From positions 20,206,192 to 20,270,191 of the forward strand of contig NC_068986.1 in NCBI RefSeq assembly GCF_001194135.2: a stretch of 64,000 bases of DNA. The letters are read 5' to 3'. Every line of letters begins with the position of its first letter. Position 1 is the first letter of the stretch. Below the pieces are notes generated by a model that saw nothing but the letters and a program-made list of their open reading frames with translations, was not told the DNA's origin and ran no database searches. Positions 35,068 through 48,460 of the stretch are shown here, piece by piece. The position numbers were made by a program, and so were the translations under genes. Source of the DNA: Octopus bimaculoides (taxonomy: Eukaryota).

Positions 35068-36929
35068 ATATATACAGGTATAAAACAAATGCAGGTATGT
35101 CAGATATATAACAGTTCTTGATTTATTAAAATCATCCACATCTCTAGTGGGTGTATCATAATTACCGAACGGCAATTAAGACCAGTTTCACGTGAGAGTT
35201 TCAAGAATTCTCAGAAGTTGAGATGCCATTAAGAAGTACAGGCTTATTGTCTGGAGATAAGAGGAGAGTCTTGGGCACGTGTTTCTGGCTCAGTAATCAT
35301 CATCAGCACGACAGCTCGCCAACCTTATCTGCATATGTGTGTGTATACAAGTGTGTATATATGAGAGACAAACTGATATGTAATATCCTTTTACATACAC
35401 ACAGATGTATGGCCGTATGTATACACAAACATTTGGGTGAATATTAATCCACATGGACATAGGCATGTAACAATGGAATGGATTTATAACTTATATTCAA
35501 AAACTCATAATTTTTTTTACCATTCTTCAGATACTTCTCCAAGTCAAACTCTGGGCCGTACTAGCAGAAGCAGAAAGATTTACTGGTCTCTAAGAAGATT
35601 GTTTAAACTTGCACAGTCATTAAGTATATTTTAGTTAATACAACCAGCATAAAATAAGTTAATGAGATTTTTAATCATGCAATGGAGTTGAGGAGGGACA
35701 GTTCCAAGTAATTAGTATTTTTCTAGGTTGCCCATTCATCTTTTGTCACCTACTGGACTTTTATGTTAGTTGCTCAGCCTGCTAGAAATAGCAGCCAGAT
35801 ATCACATCCTGCTGTCCTAAAAAGGTAAAAATGATAGATTATGAATGGCAAAAAGAAACTTTTAAAAAAAACCCAAAACAAAACAAAACATCAAAAAATA
35901 CTAGATGATCAGTGTTGGAATAAATACTTTTGATCGTAAGTTTACTCGATCAGCAGTATACTTTTCGAGGGAGTGGACGAGTGGGAAGGCAAATAAGTAT
36001 TAGGTCTTCAAATAGGTTCAATGTCCTTCTCCTTCCATTTTTTTTCCTTTTCATAAATGGAATGGCAATATTGAGTAATCTCAATGGAAAATGCCTTCAA
36101 TAATTAAGGATTGGCCTTAAGCATACAACAAAACCGGAAGTGTGACTACTTGCAAGAAAGTAGAGAAAAAGGATATTTTCATTGAAAATTATTTCCACTA
36201 GGCTCAATTATATAAATCCCCCTCTCCCCCCTCTTGGCATAAGCAATGTGTGTTTATTATACGCATACATGTGTGTGTAATTTAGATTCTACCGAAAGAG
36301 AAGTGTTTCAGTTAGAAAGCTTACTCAGTTGGTTGTGAATTCAATTATAATTTCATCATCACACTTGCTAACAAATGTTAGAGAGCCCATAAATGTTTAC
36401 ATATTTTATACGTACGTAAGAAACCTTTTAATAGGTGTAATTATGAAACCGAGAAAGTAAAATAGCAGCGTCCATAAATATTGATCCCTAATCAAAGACA
36501 TTAATTGAACTGCTGCATATTACTTGCTATATTCTATATCGGCTGCAATAGTCCTTTAATATTTAAACAATTCTTTCTCCATTCATAGCCATTGCTGTAC
36601 ATGTATCTCCTATAAACTAACCAAACGTTGAGTGTATTCATATCTCTACATAGCCATTTCATATCTACAGAAACTAATTGATTATTGGGTCATAGGTTTT
36701 TAGCTAAAATCTATACAAATATTTTATTTAGATTATACACCTTACATATCTCATACGTTACCTAACCAATGGGTAAACACACTAGGGTGTTAACTGAAAC
36801 TGGTTGTCTTGTCCAGGGAGAAGAATTTCATTTGCTTAACATAAAAGAAAACTAGTCTTTAAAAAGTCTCCCCTCCACTGCTGTCTGGTCTAGGAAATTT
36901 TTTTTTTTTTTATTTACCATAGTTTGTTG

Positions 36930-37231
36930 TTTGTTCCTTCTTAAGCTATGCCTGGCTCATAAGGGCCGGTTTCCTGGTTTCATTGGCATATAGGTCCTCC
37001 ATTTGGATGGGACACTGGTCCATCGTAGGTGAGCTGCTAGATGCAGGAGGTAAAGCTGAGAGAAAGCTGTGGCAAAAGAGTCAGCAGAAGTTCACCATTA
37101 CCTTCTGCTGGAGCCGTGTGGAGCTTAGGTGTTTTGCTCATAAACACACACTTCACCCGGTCTGAGATTCGAACCCGCAATCCCTTGACCACGAATCCGC
37201 TGTTCTAACCAGTAGGCCATGTGCTACCTTG
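36930..37231 (-). mobile_element. SINE family D with TSD
   Basis: Perfect 13-bp TSD ccatagtttgttg at 36917-36929 and 37232-37244. Confidence 0.9.
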
Positions 37232-39442
37232 CCATAGTTTGTTGGTTGTTTTAATTATTGCTAATCAGTTTGCTTTAGAGAAATGAGAGCAAATCTTCAT
37301 TTTAAATACCTTGCCCTTCCTGTCACTAGGAAGGGCATCAGGCCAGAGAAAAATCTGTCTCTACAAACCATGTTTGACCCATGCAAGCATGAAAAAGTGG
37401 ACATTAGATGTTGATGGTGAAACTGGTGTTTAGGAAAATACAATGATTCCATTGTGTAGATATTTAATGGATCAAAAAAATACAGAATACTTCATTTGAT
37501 TAAGAATTTTACTGATTAAGCAAATTGCAGGATCAGATTTGAAACAGGTGTTTTCTAAGTGTGCAAATGTTTTATTGATATTTTTGATATTAAACTGCCT
37601 GAAACTGCCATTGCTTCTATATTACAAGTGACCTGTTTTAAAGTGATTTAAATTAAAAGCCTTCCATCAGAATTCTATTCTAAGTTGCATTCCAAATACT
37701 TGCTTAATAATGGCAAAGTTATTTTACTAAATATATAATTATTTTCCAAATTAATTGAAACAAAAACAATGTGTTTTAACAGAAATATAATTACAAAAGG
37801 GTCAATGAGTAGATAGCGACGAAGTTGGGTTCATTAGCTGGGCATTGAGATAATTAATTAAGTCAAGCTTTTATTCCATGGGAACACCATGGTAAGGATG
37901 ACTAAAGATAAGACCTGATAAGTGGGCCTATCCCTTGTGAATTTGAAAGGTCCAATAATATATTTCAGTAATAAAGGTCATTCGGATAAGCATTTTCACA
38001 ACAAAAGTTGCACTATTAGTTTAAAGTTTAATTTTTCTTGGAGCTAGAATACTGGCAATTATATAGCAATTATATATTAGCTGTTATCTAACAATTAGAC
38101 AAGATACCCATTGTTCTTGGCGTTTTTGCTTAAAACATAACTTGAATTTAACCAAAACTTTTTAATATTTAGATTTTTTTTTTTTCATTTTATAATTTCT
38201 CTACCTATTGATTTGTTTGTTCAATTTAGTTTGAGAGAGAGAAAGAGAGAGAGAGAGAGTCTGTGCTGGGTAACCAATTGAAAATAGCTGATCAGATCAT
38301 GAAACTTACTGAACCAGCTCTCAAAGTTGCAGTTTAAAATAGCTTCAACTATGACCACAGCTGACTTACTGACTGACTGACTATGTGCACTGCTATTGGT
38401 TAGTTACAACTGGGTGGGTGTATGGGGAGAGCAGTTTGGTCTGCATAATGCACATTAATATCATTAATCAGAAGTTAGAACAATACAAAGGTTTTGGAAA
38501 TAAAACTAATAGTTTTCATTTGGTAACGTAAACTAATTAATACTGTTACTTTATTTTTTATTTAGTGAATGTCACTTCGATAGGAATGTATACAAAGAAT
38601 TGTCAGTTTTTATAGGATCTTTATTAAATTAGGATTAATTTTGCTTTGATTGTAAAATACACACTCCCACACCAATCTAGAAATAGTACTTTTCTCTCTG
38701 GTTGCTTGTGAATGTGTATAAAAAACTTGGCAGGGATACAAAAGTGGAATATTGGAATATGATAGCCCAGTGTTGAGCTAATCTGAGGCTGTGGTGTATC
38801 AGATTTGGTAGTAAATGATTTTCACCTGTCTAAATGCTACTAGCTGGTTTCTCTCGGCTATAATTGCCTTTTATTTGTTAATTCCACCTTGTTACTCGAT
38901 GTCTATATATGTTTCTACATGTCTATGCAGTCATTATCATACACGCATGTAAGGGCTGAAGATTGCAGTTCGTAAGATAATACAGCTATGAAACAAACTA
39001 ATAAACCATAGAAGATATGAGGAAATTTCATTATTGAGATTCCAGATTGCTGTAGATCTCTAAGTAGAAGTGTGTTCATTTACAATCCTAAATTGAAACT
39101 TGATATTAACTTTTATAATATTGGTTGAACAGTTACAGTTGCTGAGTCTAAATTAACTGTATTATTGTTAAAGATAGTTGGTAACGAATGCTGAGTGATA
39201 GAATTTGGTGGTTCCTTTATGTTTTTGCTTAAAAATCTCTCGTCTCTTCAGAGTCAATGAAATAAACATGAGTTATGTACTAAAGTCATTGCCTCTAAGA
39301 CATGATGTGAATAATGATGATTATCATCATCATTTCATGTCTATTTTTCATGTTGGCATAGTTTGGACAATAAAGAAATCCTTTTGCATACTTCAGTTAC
39401 ATGAGGCAATGTTAGGGATAGTTACATATTCTCTACATTATT

Positions 39443-39870
39443 CATCATCATCATCATCATCACCTAATGTCCATTTTCCATTGTCACGTGGGTTGGATTG
39501 ATTAACAGGAGCTGGCAAGATGGAGGGCCGCACCAGGCTCCAGTCACCTGTTTTGACATGGTTTCTGTAGCTGGATTCTCTTCCTAGCATCAACCACTTC
39601 ATAGAGTGTATGGGTGCTTATTACATGGCACAAGCATGGATGTTGTTTTATGTGATGCTGGCACTGGTGCCAATGTAGCACCAGCAATGGTACCTTTTAT
39701 GTGTATTTTCAACCATATGTTTGGTATTAGAAAGGGCATCTGGCCATAGAAACTATGCCAAATCAGATAGGAACTTTGTACAGCTCTCCATCTCACCAGT
39801 TTCAGTCAAACCATCTAACCCATGCCAGCATGGAAAGCAGACACTAAATGATGATGATGATGATGATGAT
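39443..39870. repeat. Inverted pair of family F elements ((GAT)n-tailed, ttaggaagggcatccag core)
   Basis: (CAT)n-led minus arm at 39443-39600 and plus arm at 39715-39870 ending in (GAT)n. Other F copies at about 41155-41370, 41778-42045, 44455-44640, 46690-46900, 47480-47600, 50520-50890 and 51925-52118. Confidence 0.75.
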
Positions 39871-40005
39871 ATTGGCACTGAATAATAAAAAGTATTTATT
39901 GACAGTTTTTATTTTTTTAGTTTTGAGGAGCTTTTTGTTTTCTCAGTTCTTCTGTTACCAAGAGTTCAGTTCTGTGATACCATCAAATAGTTTTAGTTTT
40001 TTGTT

Positions 40006-40385
40006 GTGGAGGCGCAATGGCCCAGTGGTTAAGGCGGCAGACTCGTGGTTGTGGGATCGCAGTCTCGATTCCCAGACCGGGCATTGTGAGTGTTTATTGA
40101 GTAAAAACACCTAAAGTTCCATGAGGCTCTGGCAGGGGTGGTGATGAACCCTGCCATACTCTTTCACCACAACTTTCTCTCATTCTTTCTTCCTGTTTCT
40201 CTTGTACCTGTATTTCAAAGGGCCAGCCTTGTCACACTCTGTGTCATGCTGAATCTCCCCAAGAACTACGTTAAGGGTACATGTGTCTGTGGAGTGCTCA
40301 GCCACTTGCACATTAATTTCACAAGCAGGCTGTTCTGTTGATTGGATCAACTGGAACCTTTGTCGTTGTAACCGACAGAGTGCCA
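40006..40385 (+). mobile_element. SINE family C, full length
   Basis: gtggaggcgcaatggcccagtggttaagg...tcgattcccagaccggg...gtacctgtatttcaaagggcc...ggatcaactggaacc. Confidence 0.9.
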
Positions 40386-41740
40386 CGAGTCTTTTTGTAT
40401 ACCAAGTATTGGATGTCATGTCTGTTTTCTAGTTAGTGAAACTTTTGGTATCTGCCTATCTTGTTACCTTATTTTAATCCAAAGTATTTTGTTGATTAGT
40501 TCAGTAGTATCTTGTTTTTATTTCAAAATATTTAGTTAATCATCCAATTATGCTATGGGAGTTTCAACTAACTGGATTATTCTGTAACCAAAGCCAAATA
40601 TAGAGTTGAAATATCTGAAACTATCTGGACAACCAACTCATAGTTCTCAATTTTAAATTCACTGCAGTCGTTTTGTTTGTGTTTCTGATACCAGCCACAT
40701 AATTGTATATGATTCACTTTCTGCTGACTGTTGAAAATAGGTACCAAGTCCAGTAATATCACCTTCAAAACACTGGTATCTTATCTTGATGATTTATCTT
40801 TCATTCTTTCAATACCATAGAACACATTATAAGCAGCAGTATTTTATAAATGTTTTATGACTACATACAGCTCTTAGTCATATATTTCTGTGATAAAACA
40901 TTTTGTTTTCCTTGTCAGCATTTATTTATTGAGGTTATATCACAATGTACCTATTCTGACCAAGTAAATCCTCAGAGCTATTGATCTCTTAATCCTTAAT
41001 TTTATAGCTTTACATAGCTCTTGCTACAAAGTACACTTGTAAATTGTGTGTGTGTGTGTGTGTGTTTGTAATGATGCTTATGTAGCATAAAAATAAATAC
41101 AAAAGAACTAAAGAGGAACAAAACTAGTACCTATTTCAGTTTATTCATAACATCATCATCATCATCCATTTAATGGCCCCTTTATCTTACCTGCATGGAT
41201 CAGACAGAATTCATTGAAGTAGATTTTCTATGGCTAGGTGCCCTTCGTGTCATCATACTACAGTTGTTTCCTAGCAATATAATATTCCCCCATGGCAGGA
41301 CACGTTTTTCACAGATGACTTGAAATGAGGGACACTTCTTGCATGAAAGTGAGGGTCATTAAGGCAGAGGCATAAACATCCATACACAATGGACTTTTTT
41401 TTCAGTTTCCATCTATACCAGATCCACTCACAAGGTTTTGGTTGACCTCGATCTATAGTAGAAGACACTTGCCTTGGGTGTCACACCATGGAATTGCACC
41501 TGAAGTCATGTGATTGGGAAGTGAACTTCTTAACCATGCAACTATGCCTGAACCTGTTTATAAAATGTTTTAAACATAGGCACAGGCATGGCTCTGTGGT
41601 AAGAAGCTTGCTTCTCAGCTACATGGATCTAGGTTCAGTCCCATTGCATGGCACCTTGTGCATATGGTCCTCCACTATAGACTTGGGCTGACCAAAACTT
41701 TCTGAGTGGATCTGGTAGATAAAAACTGTAAGAAACCCGT

Positions 41741-41784
<44 letters not shown>

Positions 41785-43709
41785 CATCATCATAATTTAA
41801 CGTCTGTTGTCCATACAGGTATGGGTTGGACAGTTTGACTGGGCTGGAAGGCTGCGCTAGACTCCAATCTGATTTGGCATGGTTTTCTACAGCTGGATGC
41901 CCTTTCTAATGCCTACTACTCCAAGAGTGTAATGGGAGCTTTTACATGCCACTGGCATGGGTGCCATTTGCGTGACACACCTGGGTGTGTTTACGTGCCA
42001 CTGGCATAGGTGCCGATTTGTGTGACACTGGTATCTGCCACACACATGTGTGTCTGCACTAGTCCCCCACCATCGCTTGACAACCGATTTTGAGGGTGGT
42101 TCAGCAGAGGAGCTCAATAGAATGAGAACCAGGCTTAGAAATATAAATACTGGGTATCAATCCATTCAACTAAAATTCTTCAAGGCACACCTCCAGCATG
42201 GCTGCAGTCTAATGACTGAATCCAGTAAAAGATGGAAGACACTTATTCAACATTCTACTGGTGGCCACTTCTTGCACGTTTTCTCTTGCTTTTAAAGACT
42301 CGCTTCTTTTTGCAGTAAGGTTCTTATGGTTTGGTAAACTTTGTATGTGTGTGTGTGTGTTGATTATTGTTATTCATACATTAGCTTCTTACATCTTGGT
42401 AAATATTTTCCATAGCTCTTTTATTTTTTTTCCATACAAAAATCGTTAATTTGTTTAATACATAGTTGTATGTAATTAACCTAGCCTGTTTTTAAATTCA
42501 TACATTTCATTATCAGCATGCTCATATGCTTGGATACTTGTCTGACCCATTTTCAGAGAGTATCAAAAATCTCTTGTCACTATTTTGTTTACAAACCAGA
42601 GAGCAAAAAAAAAAAAACCCAGAAAAATATGCCTTGTCATCTCTGCTTGCTTTCAGCCATTCTCTGCAATGAGGCCATACCTACCAGTTAAACTTTTCGC
42701 AATGACTATAAGTTGTATTGCGAGATGGAACACAAGTCAATGGTTGACCATGTCCATGCTTTGCTTTTATTAAAATTTTATATTGTGCCCTCTTTCCATT
42801 CACTTCTATCAACAATTCATTCACTTCCATCAACAATCAACTGGATTTCAAGTCCATTTAAAGAAGAATTTAAAATATTAGTCAAATTCTATTTCTGTTC
42901 TTGTTACAAAGCTGGCGCTTGTATCTTAGTCAAAAGAAACCATTTACAATTCTTTAACTCTTGTGATATATACCATATTTTAACATGTATAAGGAACTCC
43001 CTAATTTTTGGGCTTAAAATTTGGAAAAAAAGGTTTTGTAAGGGATTATAACTATCCATGTATAAGAAACTCCCATATTTTTTTAACCAAATTTGTCCTA
43101 GCCACTGGGTCATTGCGCTTCCGCGCACGCACACACACACACATACATAAATATATAGATAGATATAGATGTGTGTATGTATGAGTTTGTGTGTCTGTGT
43201 TTGTGCCCCACCATTGCTTGACAGCCGATGTCGGTGTGTTTACATCCTCGTAACCTAGCAGTTCAGCTAAAGAGACCGATAGAATAAGTACTAGGCTTAC
43301 AACGAATAAGTCTTGGGATCGATTTGTTCAACTAAAAGCGATGCTCCAGCATGGTCGCAATCAAATAACTCAAGCAAGTAAAAGAATAAAAGAATGTGGA
43401 AGTTTTATTATAATTAGTCTTGCATCCAACTTTTGATGAGTTCAAATCCCATACTTTCCACCTATGCATTTGCTTGATTACAATGTTTCTTTGACTTCTT
43501 ACCATTGAACCCTTTAGCATTCAGGAATACTTTGTCAAATGTGATGCTTATTTATTCGCATTGTTTTGAATTAATTGTGCATTGCCTCATGGCTTTGAGA
43601 TTTCAAAGACGTGATTGTTTATTTTTAGAATGATGTTGCAGGGTAGGTGTGAAAGGCCTGATCTGGCCAGTTTGAAAATAAAGCAGTTGAATACATGGTG
43701 TACCTAGAT

Positions 43710-43876
43710 CAGAAGTTCTCAGACGTTTTAATATCCAGGCCAGATCCCAAACCTGGATTTTGGGTTAGGGCCCCCCCCCCCCCCAAAAAAAAGTCAGTTG
43801 AAAAAAATTTATTATATTTATAGATGAAAGATCAAGGGCTACCTGTGGCCTTAGGAGTCACATTTGAGAACCGTTG
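43710..43876. mobile_element. hAT/Charlie-like MITE
   Basis: TIRs cagaagttctca / tgagaaccgttg. Decayed TSD acctagat / acccaaaa. Confidence 0.6.
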
Positions 43877-44060
43877 ACCCAAAATGTCAAGTGACATGAA
43901 TTTGCTGTTTTGCATTTCATTATTTAATTGTAGCTTTTGTCATTTTTTGTTGTTGGATTCCCTTTTTTTTCTGTTGCTGAAGCTACTAAATCAAACATTT
44001 TACTTAATCCAACTATTATACTCTGATCATTTAAACACTATCATATTGTGAACTTAGAGA

Positions 44061-44105
<45 letters not shown>

Positions 44106-45394
44106 CTTAATCTAGTTTTCTTTTCATTGAGCTTAATCTTTTTATCTTGTGTCACAATCTTCTCTGACACTTATTTCACTTCAGCTTCAATGGCTGACAT
44201 AGGAGTTTGTAGTGAAATAACCCGACCTCACAACCTGATTTAATATCTCTTTATTTCTCAGGTTCATATTGTTTACAGTCTGTTTTAAGTTATACTAAGT
44301 ACTACTTCATAATATGCTCAGGATAAAATTTGCATTGTTTTAGAACTAAAAAAATCTAGAAGATAATTTTTTTTTTTCTCAAAAGGTTGTTACTTCTAGT
44401 TTAAACAATGTTAGTTGCTACTGTTATCAGCTCATATTAGGTTATAATCACCATTTTAACATCCACCTTTCCATGCTTTCATGGGTCAGGATTCAGAATT
44501 CATTGGGATGGATTTTCTGCAGCTGGATGCCAACCCTCACCTGTTTCCGAGTGGAGGTTTTATGGAGGATTGGAAATGAGCACCACTACATCTATGAGAG
44601 TGGTGCTCCTTTGCAACTACCATGTGATGTCAAAGACAAGGGAACATACATACACACACACATATATACACACGTGTGTGCGTGTGTTTGTGCTGTGAGT
44701 TTGTATTCCTCCTTGCCTTTACATTTTTGCCTACTGCCAAGGGAGCAACAGCCTTGTTATTAATATAGACAGTGTTGTTTTATGTTTGCAATTAACAGAT
44801 AACTCTTTTTATACCAACCTGCCTGAAACAGCTCCTGGTTCTATAATACAAACTGTTTTCCTTTTAAGTTATCTTGATTAAAACTTTTTCAACAAAATTT
44901 CATGCTTATTTATGATCCATACACCAGGATAATCAAGACAAAGTTATTTTGCTAAATTCTTTATTATTTTCAAAATTTATTGAAACAAGTTCTGTGTATT
45001 TCAAACAAAATACAGTAACAAAAGTGCCGAATATTTTGTGGAATATAGTTATATTTCATTTGTGACTAGTACATATTCTATTGGGGGTGAACTTTATTTT
45101 CCATTTCCTGGAATCATTGAAATAAGTGGCTGTAATTCGGATTCTGAATCAGTCACAGTTTGCAGAAGAAAAGTAATTGAAATACATGTTGTAGAGTAAA
45201 TAATTCCATTCAAGAACTGTTCTTTTTACTAAATACTAAACACTCTATTGTGCCTACTCATTGCAAATTTAATAAATACATCAACTGGAGATTGTTGTTA
45301 GAAAATATAGCTTTAGTATCAGCATGCAATAGCCATTGCATAGTGTCACAATCTCTTCTTAGCCTTTTATACATCAATAATCTCCTTAAGATAT

Positions 45395-45446
<52 letters not shown>

Positions 45447-46104
45447 GATCAAGCTAAATTATCTAGCATTTAGCTGCTAAACGTTCTGGTCAGTTGGTAT
45501 AGAATTATTGGATTCTTGTTTGTTTGTTTTTTTCTATTTTAGTCTGTATAAGAGCTTATTCATAACTTGTTGTTTAGGTTCATCCAAATCAGCTCTTATG
45601 AGGCAGATCATAGGTATTCCAATTTTGATTTGCTACCTTTTTGTATATATGTAGATAAGGATCTGATTTGGTGAGTTGTAGGTGGTAGTCAGAGCTGGGT
45701 GGCGTAACATGTCACTTGACTGAAGGATATTTACATTTATATGTTCGTATGTATGTATTTATATATGTGTGTATGTATGTATGTATGATATTTACATTTA
45801 TATATGTGTGTGTGTATGTATAATATTTGCATTTATATATGTGTGTATGTATGAGAGGGCTTCACACACGAAACAGTTTGAATGCATGATTGTATGTGTG
45901 TGTGAAAGTTTTTTTTTTTATTATCTTACTTCGGTCACTGGACTGTGGCCATACTGGGGCACTTCCTTCAGGGGTTTCAATGATAAAATTAATCCCAGCA
46001 TGGCACTTATTCAGTGTTTCTGTTTTTGCCACACTACTAACTTAACAGGAATATAAAGTTGTCAATTGGTGAGGCACATGCACAACCACACTCACACACA
46101 CACA

Positions 46105-46159
<55 letters not shown>

Positions 46160-46261
46160 TGGCAAGTGACAGATTTATGCAACAAAAAGCAGGGGAGATA
46201 ATTTGAAGATACAATTTCTTGTAAAATATTTGTAGCGTTCATTTATGAATATTTCATAAAT

Positions 46262-46648
46262 ATAGGCACAGGTGGTAAGTAGCTTGCTTACCAACCACAT
46301 GGTTCCGGGTTCAGTCCCACTGTATTGCCCCTTGGGCAAGTGTCTTCTACTATAGCTTTGGGCCGACCAAAGCCTTTTGAGTGGATTTGGTAGACGGAAA
46401 CCGAAAGAAGCCCGTCATATATGTGTATATATATATATATATATGTTTGTGTGTCTGTGTTTGTTCCCCCAACATCGCTTGACAACCAATGCTGGTGTGT
46501 TTACATCCCCGTAACTTAGCGGTTTGGCAAAAGAGACCGATAGAATAAGTACTAGGCGTACAAAAATAAGTCCAGGGGTCGATTTCTTCGACTAAAGGTG
46601 GTGCTCCAGCATGGCCACAGTCAAATGACTGAAACAGGTAAAAGAGTA
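46262..46648 (+). mobile_element. SINE family A, well-preserved copy
   Basis: Head, body and tail complete. Other intronic A copies at about 41388-41530(-), 41582-41742, 43170-43395, 45925-46030(-), 49024-49430, 49436-49810, 56112-56330(-), 58462-58615 and 59036-59385. Confidence 0.9.
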
Positions 46649-47971
46649 TATGTGTATATTAGTATCTGCTTGTCTCGGCATTTCATGATGCTTGTAAACT
46701 AGTGTCATACAAGCGGTTTCTTTCATTTCCAGTCTTAGGTGAAAACATATCTCATCATGGGAAAGTACTAATTTATTTGGAAACTTGTGAGGATTGGCAA
46801 CAGGAAGAGCATCCCCCTGTAGTAAATCTGTCTCAACAGATTCCACTTGAGCTATGCAAGCATGGAAAAGTTGACACCAAAACGAACATGATGATGATTA
46901 TTCAAATATTACAAGGTCAGGCACACCAAAGAGAAACAATATTGAAGCTAGTCCGTAGACAAAACTGCATCAAATTCATTTATTTCCTTTATATGTATTT
47001 TTAGACATCACCCCACCCCCACCCCACCCTCCTTCTGAAAATTAAAAATCAAGGCTTCAATCGTTATTCAAATACTGTGCTGTTTTTGAATTGCACATTA
47101 CTGGCTGTAATCAAAGTATTCCTCTCTCCATCTGCATATGTGCATAATGAGAATGTTTTGCATGCACATTAGAACCGACGACTTTATTAAATTTTAAATA
47201 TTTAGATATTAATCTAAATCTTTAGTGAAATTCTGAAATATCATTAACAGTGTGTATGGCAGTGCTTGGATGTGTTTCACCTTTAAATTATGTCAATAAT
47301 TGATTTCTAACAGATTATGGAATATAATTTTGTAATCTACTTACATTGTAGTTAATAGGAAAAGCTTAAAGAAAATTTTTCAGAGCAAAACGACAAAGAC
47401 TTATCCACATTTCCGCGATGCTTTAATCTTTTTTTTTTTTTTATTTAATAAAACATAAAATCATTATTAATGTTCATTCATTAGTTTATTTTACGTCCAT
47501 TTTTCCATGTGAGATTGGATTAAAGGAATATATCATCGAGGCATTCATTGTTTTACTGCTGGATGCCCTTCCTGTTGCTAACCCTTAACTGTTCTTTTTT
47601 TTTTTATAGTAAAGAGTCTCTTATTTCACGCATCTTCAAAAGTGCTAAGTGAGTGGGTGGTTTGTAGACAGGTGAAGTGATGACAACAGCACTGCCTATA
47701 ATAAGTAACTTTTGTAGAACTTATATGTAAGCCCACACACATAACCCACATGGAGACTTCTTTCAGTTTCTATGTCCCAAATACATTCACAAGGCTTATG
47801 CATGGCAAGTGCGCAAGGTGTGTATGTTTTCTGTGAAGTTGACTATATGCAAATAAATTCTTTAAAGGCATACCTCTTTTATATTAATCTTCAATGTTTC
47901 AAATGACATGTGTCTGTTTGTCTTTCATTGGCTGCAGCCTTCAGGCTACAGTGTTTCTAATGCAAGCCATA

Positions 47972-48006
<35 letters not shown>

Positions 48007-48059
48007 TTCATATATTCTCAGAATGAATGTGGTTTACAAGTATTAATTTCTTGCAACAG

Positions 48060-48115
48060 ATTCTGATGATGATCTCTTTCTGGAACAGCCAGAAGACCCA
48101 GTGTACTCGCACAAA
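48060..48115 (+). other. Candidate 56-nt coding exon, (G)AT-SDDDLFLEQPEDPVYSHK, phase 1 in / phase 0 out
   Basis: Acceptor tattaatttcttgcaacAG, donor AAA|gtaggt, open acidic frame, unique sequence. Confidence 0.4.
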
Positions 48116-48419
48116 GTAGGTTAAAAAAAAAAAAAACCCTTCTTCCTTCCTTCTTCCCCTATTTCTCCATCCTTTTTTTTTTTTTAATGCCAAGTTGCAA
48201 AAGAAAAAAAATGGAGTTGATGGTTGTTTGGCTTCAGAAAAGCCGACTAGGATTTTACGTCAGTTAATTGTTGAGGATGAATACAGAGATAATTGCTCTA
48301 TTCAACCGTGATAGCTGTTGAGAAAAAGAATGAGGAAGCCATTTGATGGGTACAATACAATTTAAGTGGTAATTTCTTTGTTAAAAGCATTACAAGTGCA
48401 GAGAGAGAGAGAGAGAAAG

Positions 48420-48460
<41 letters not shown>

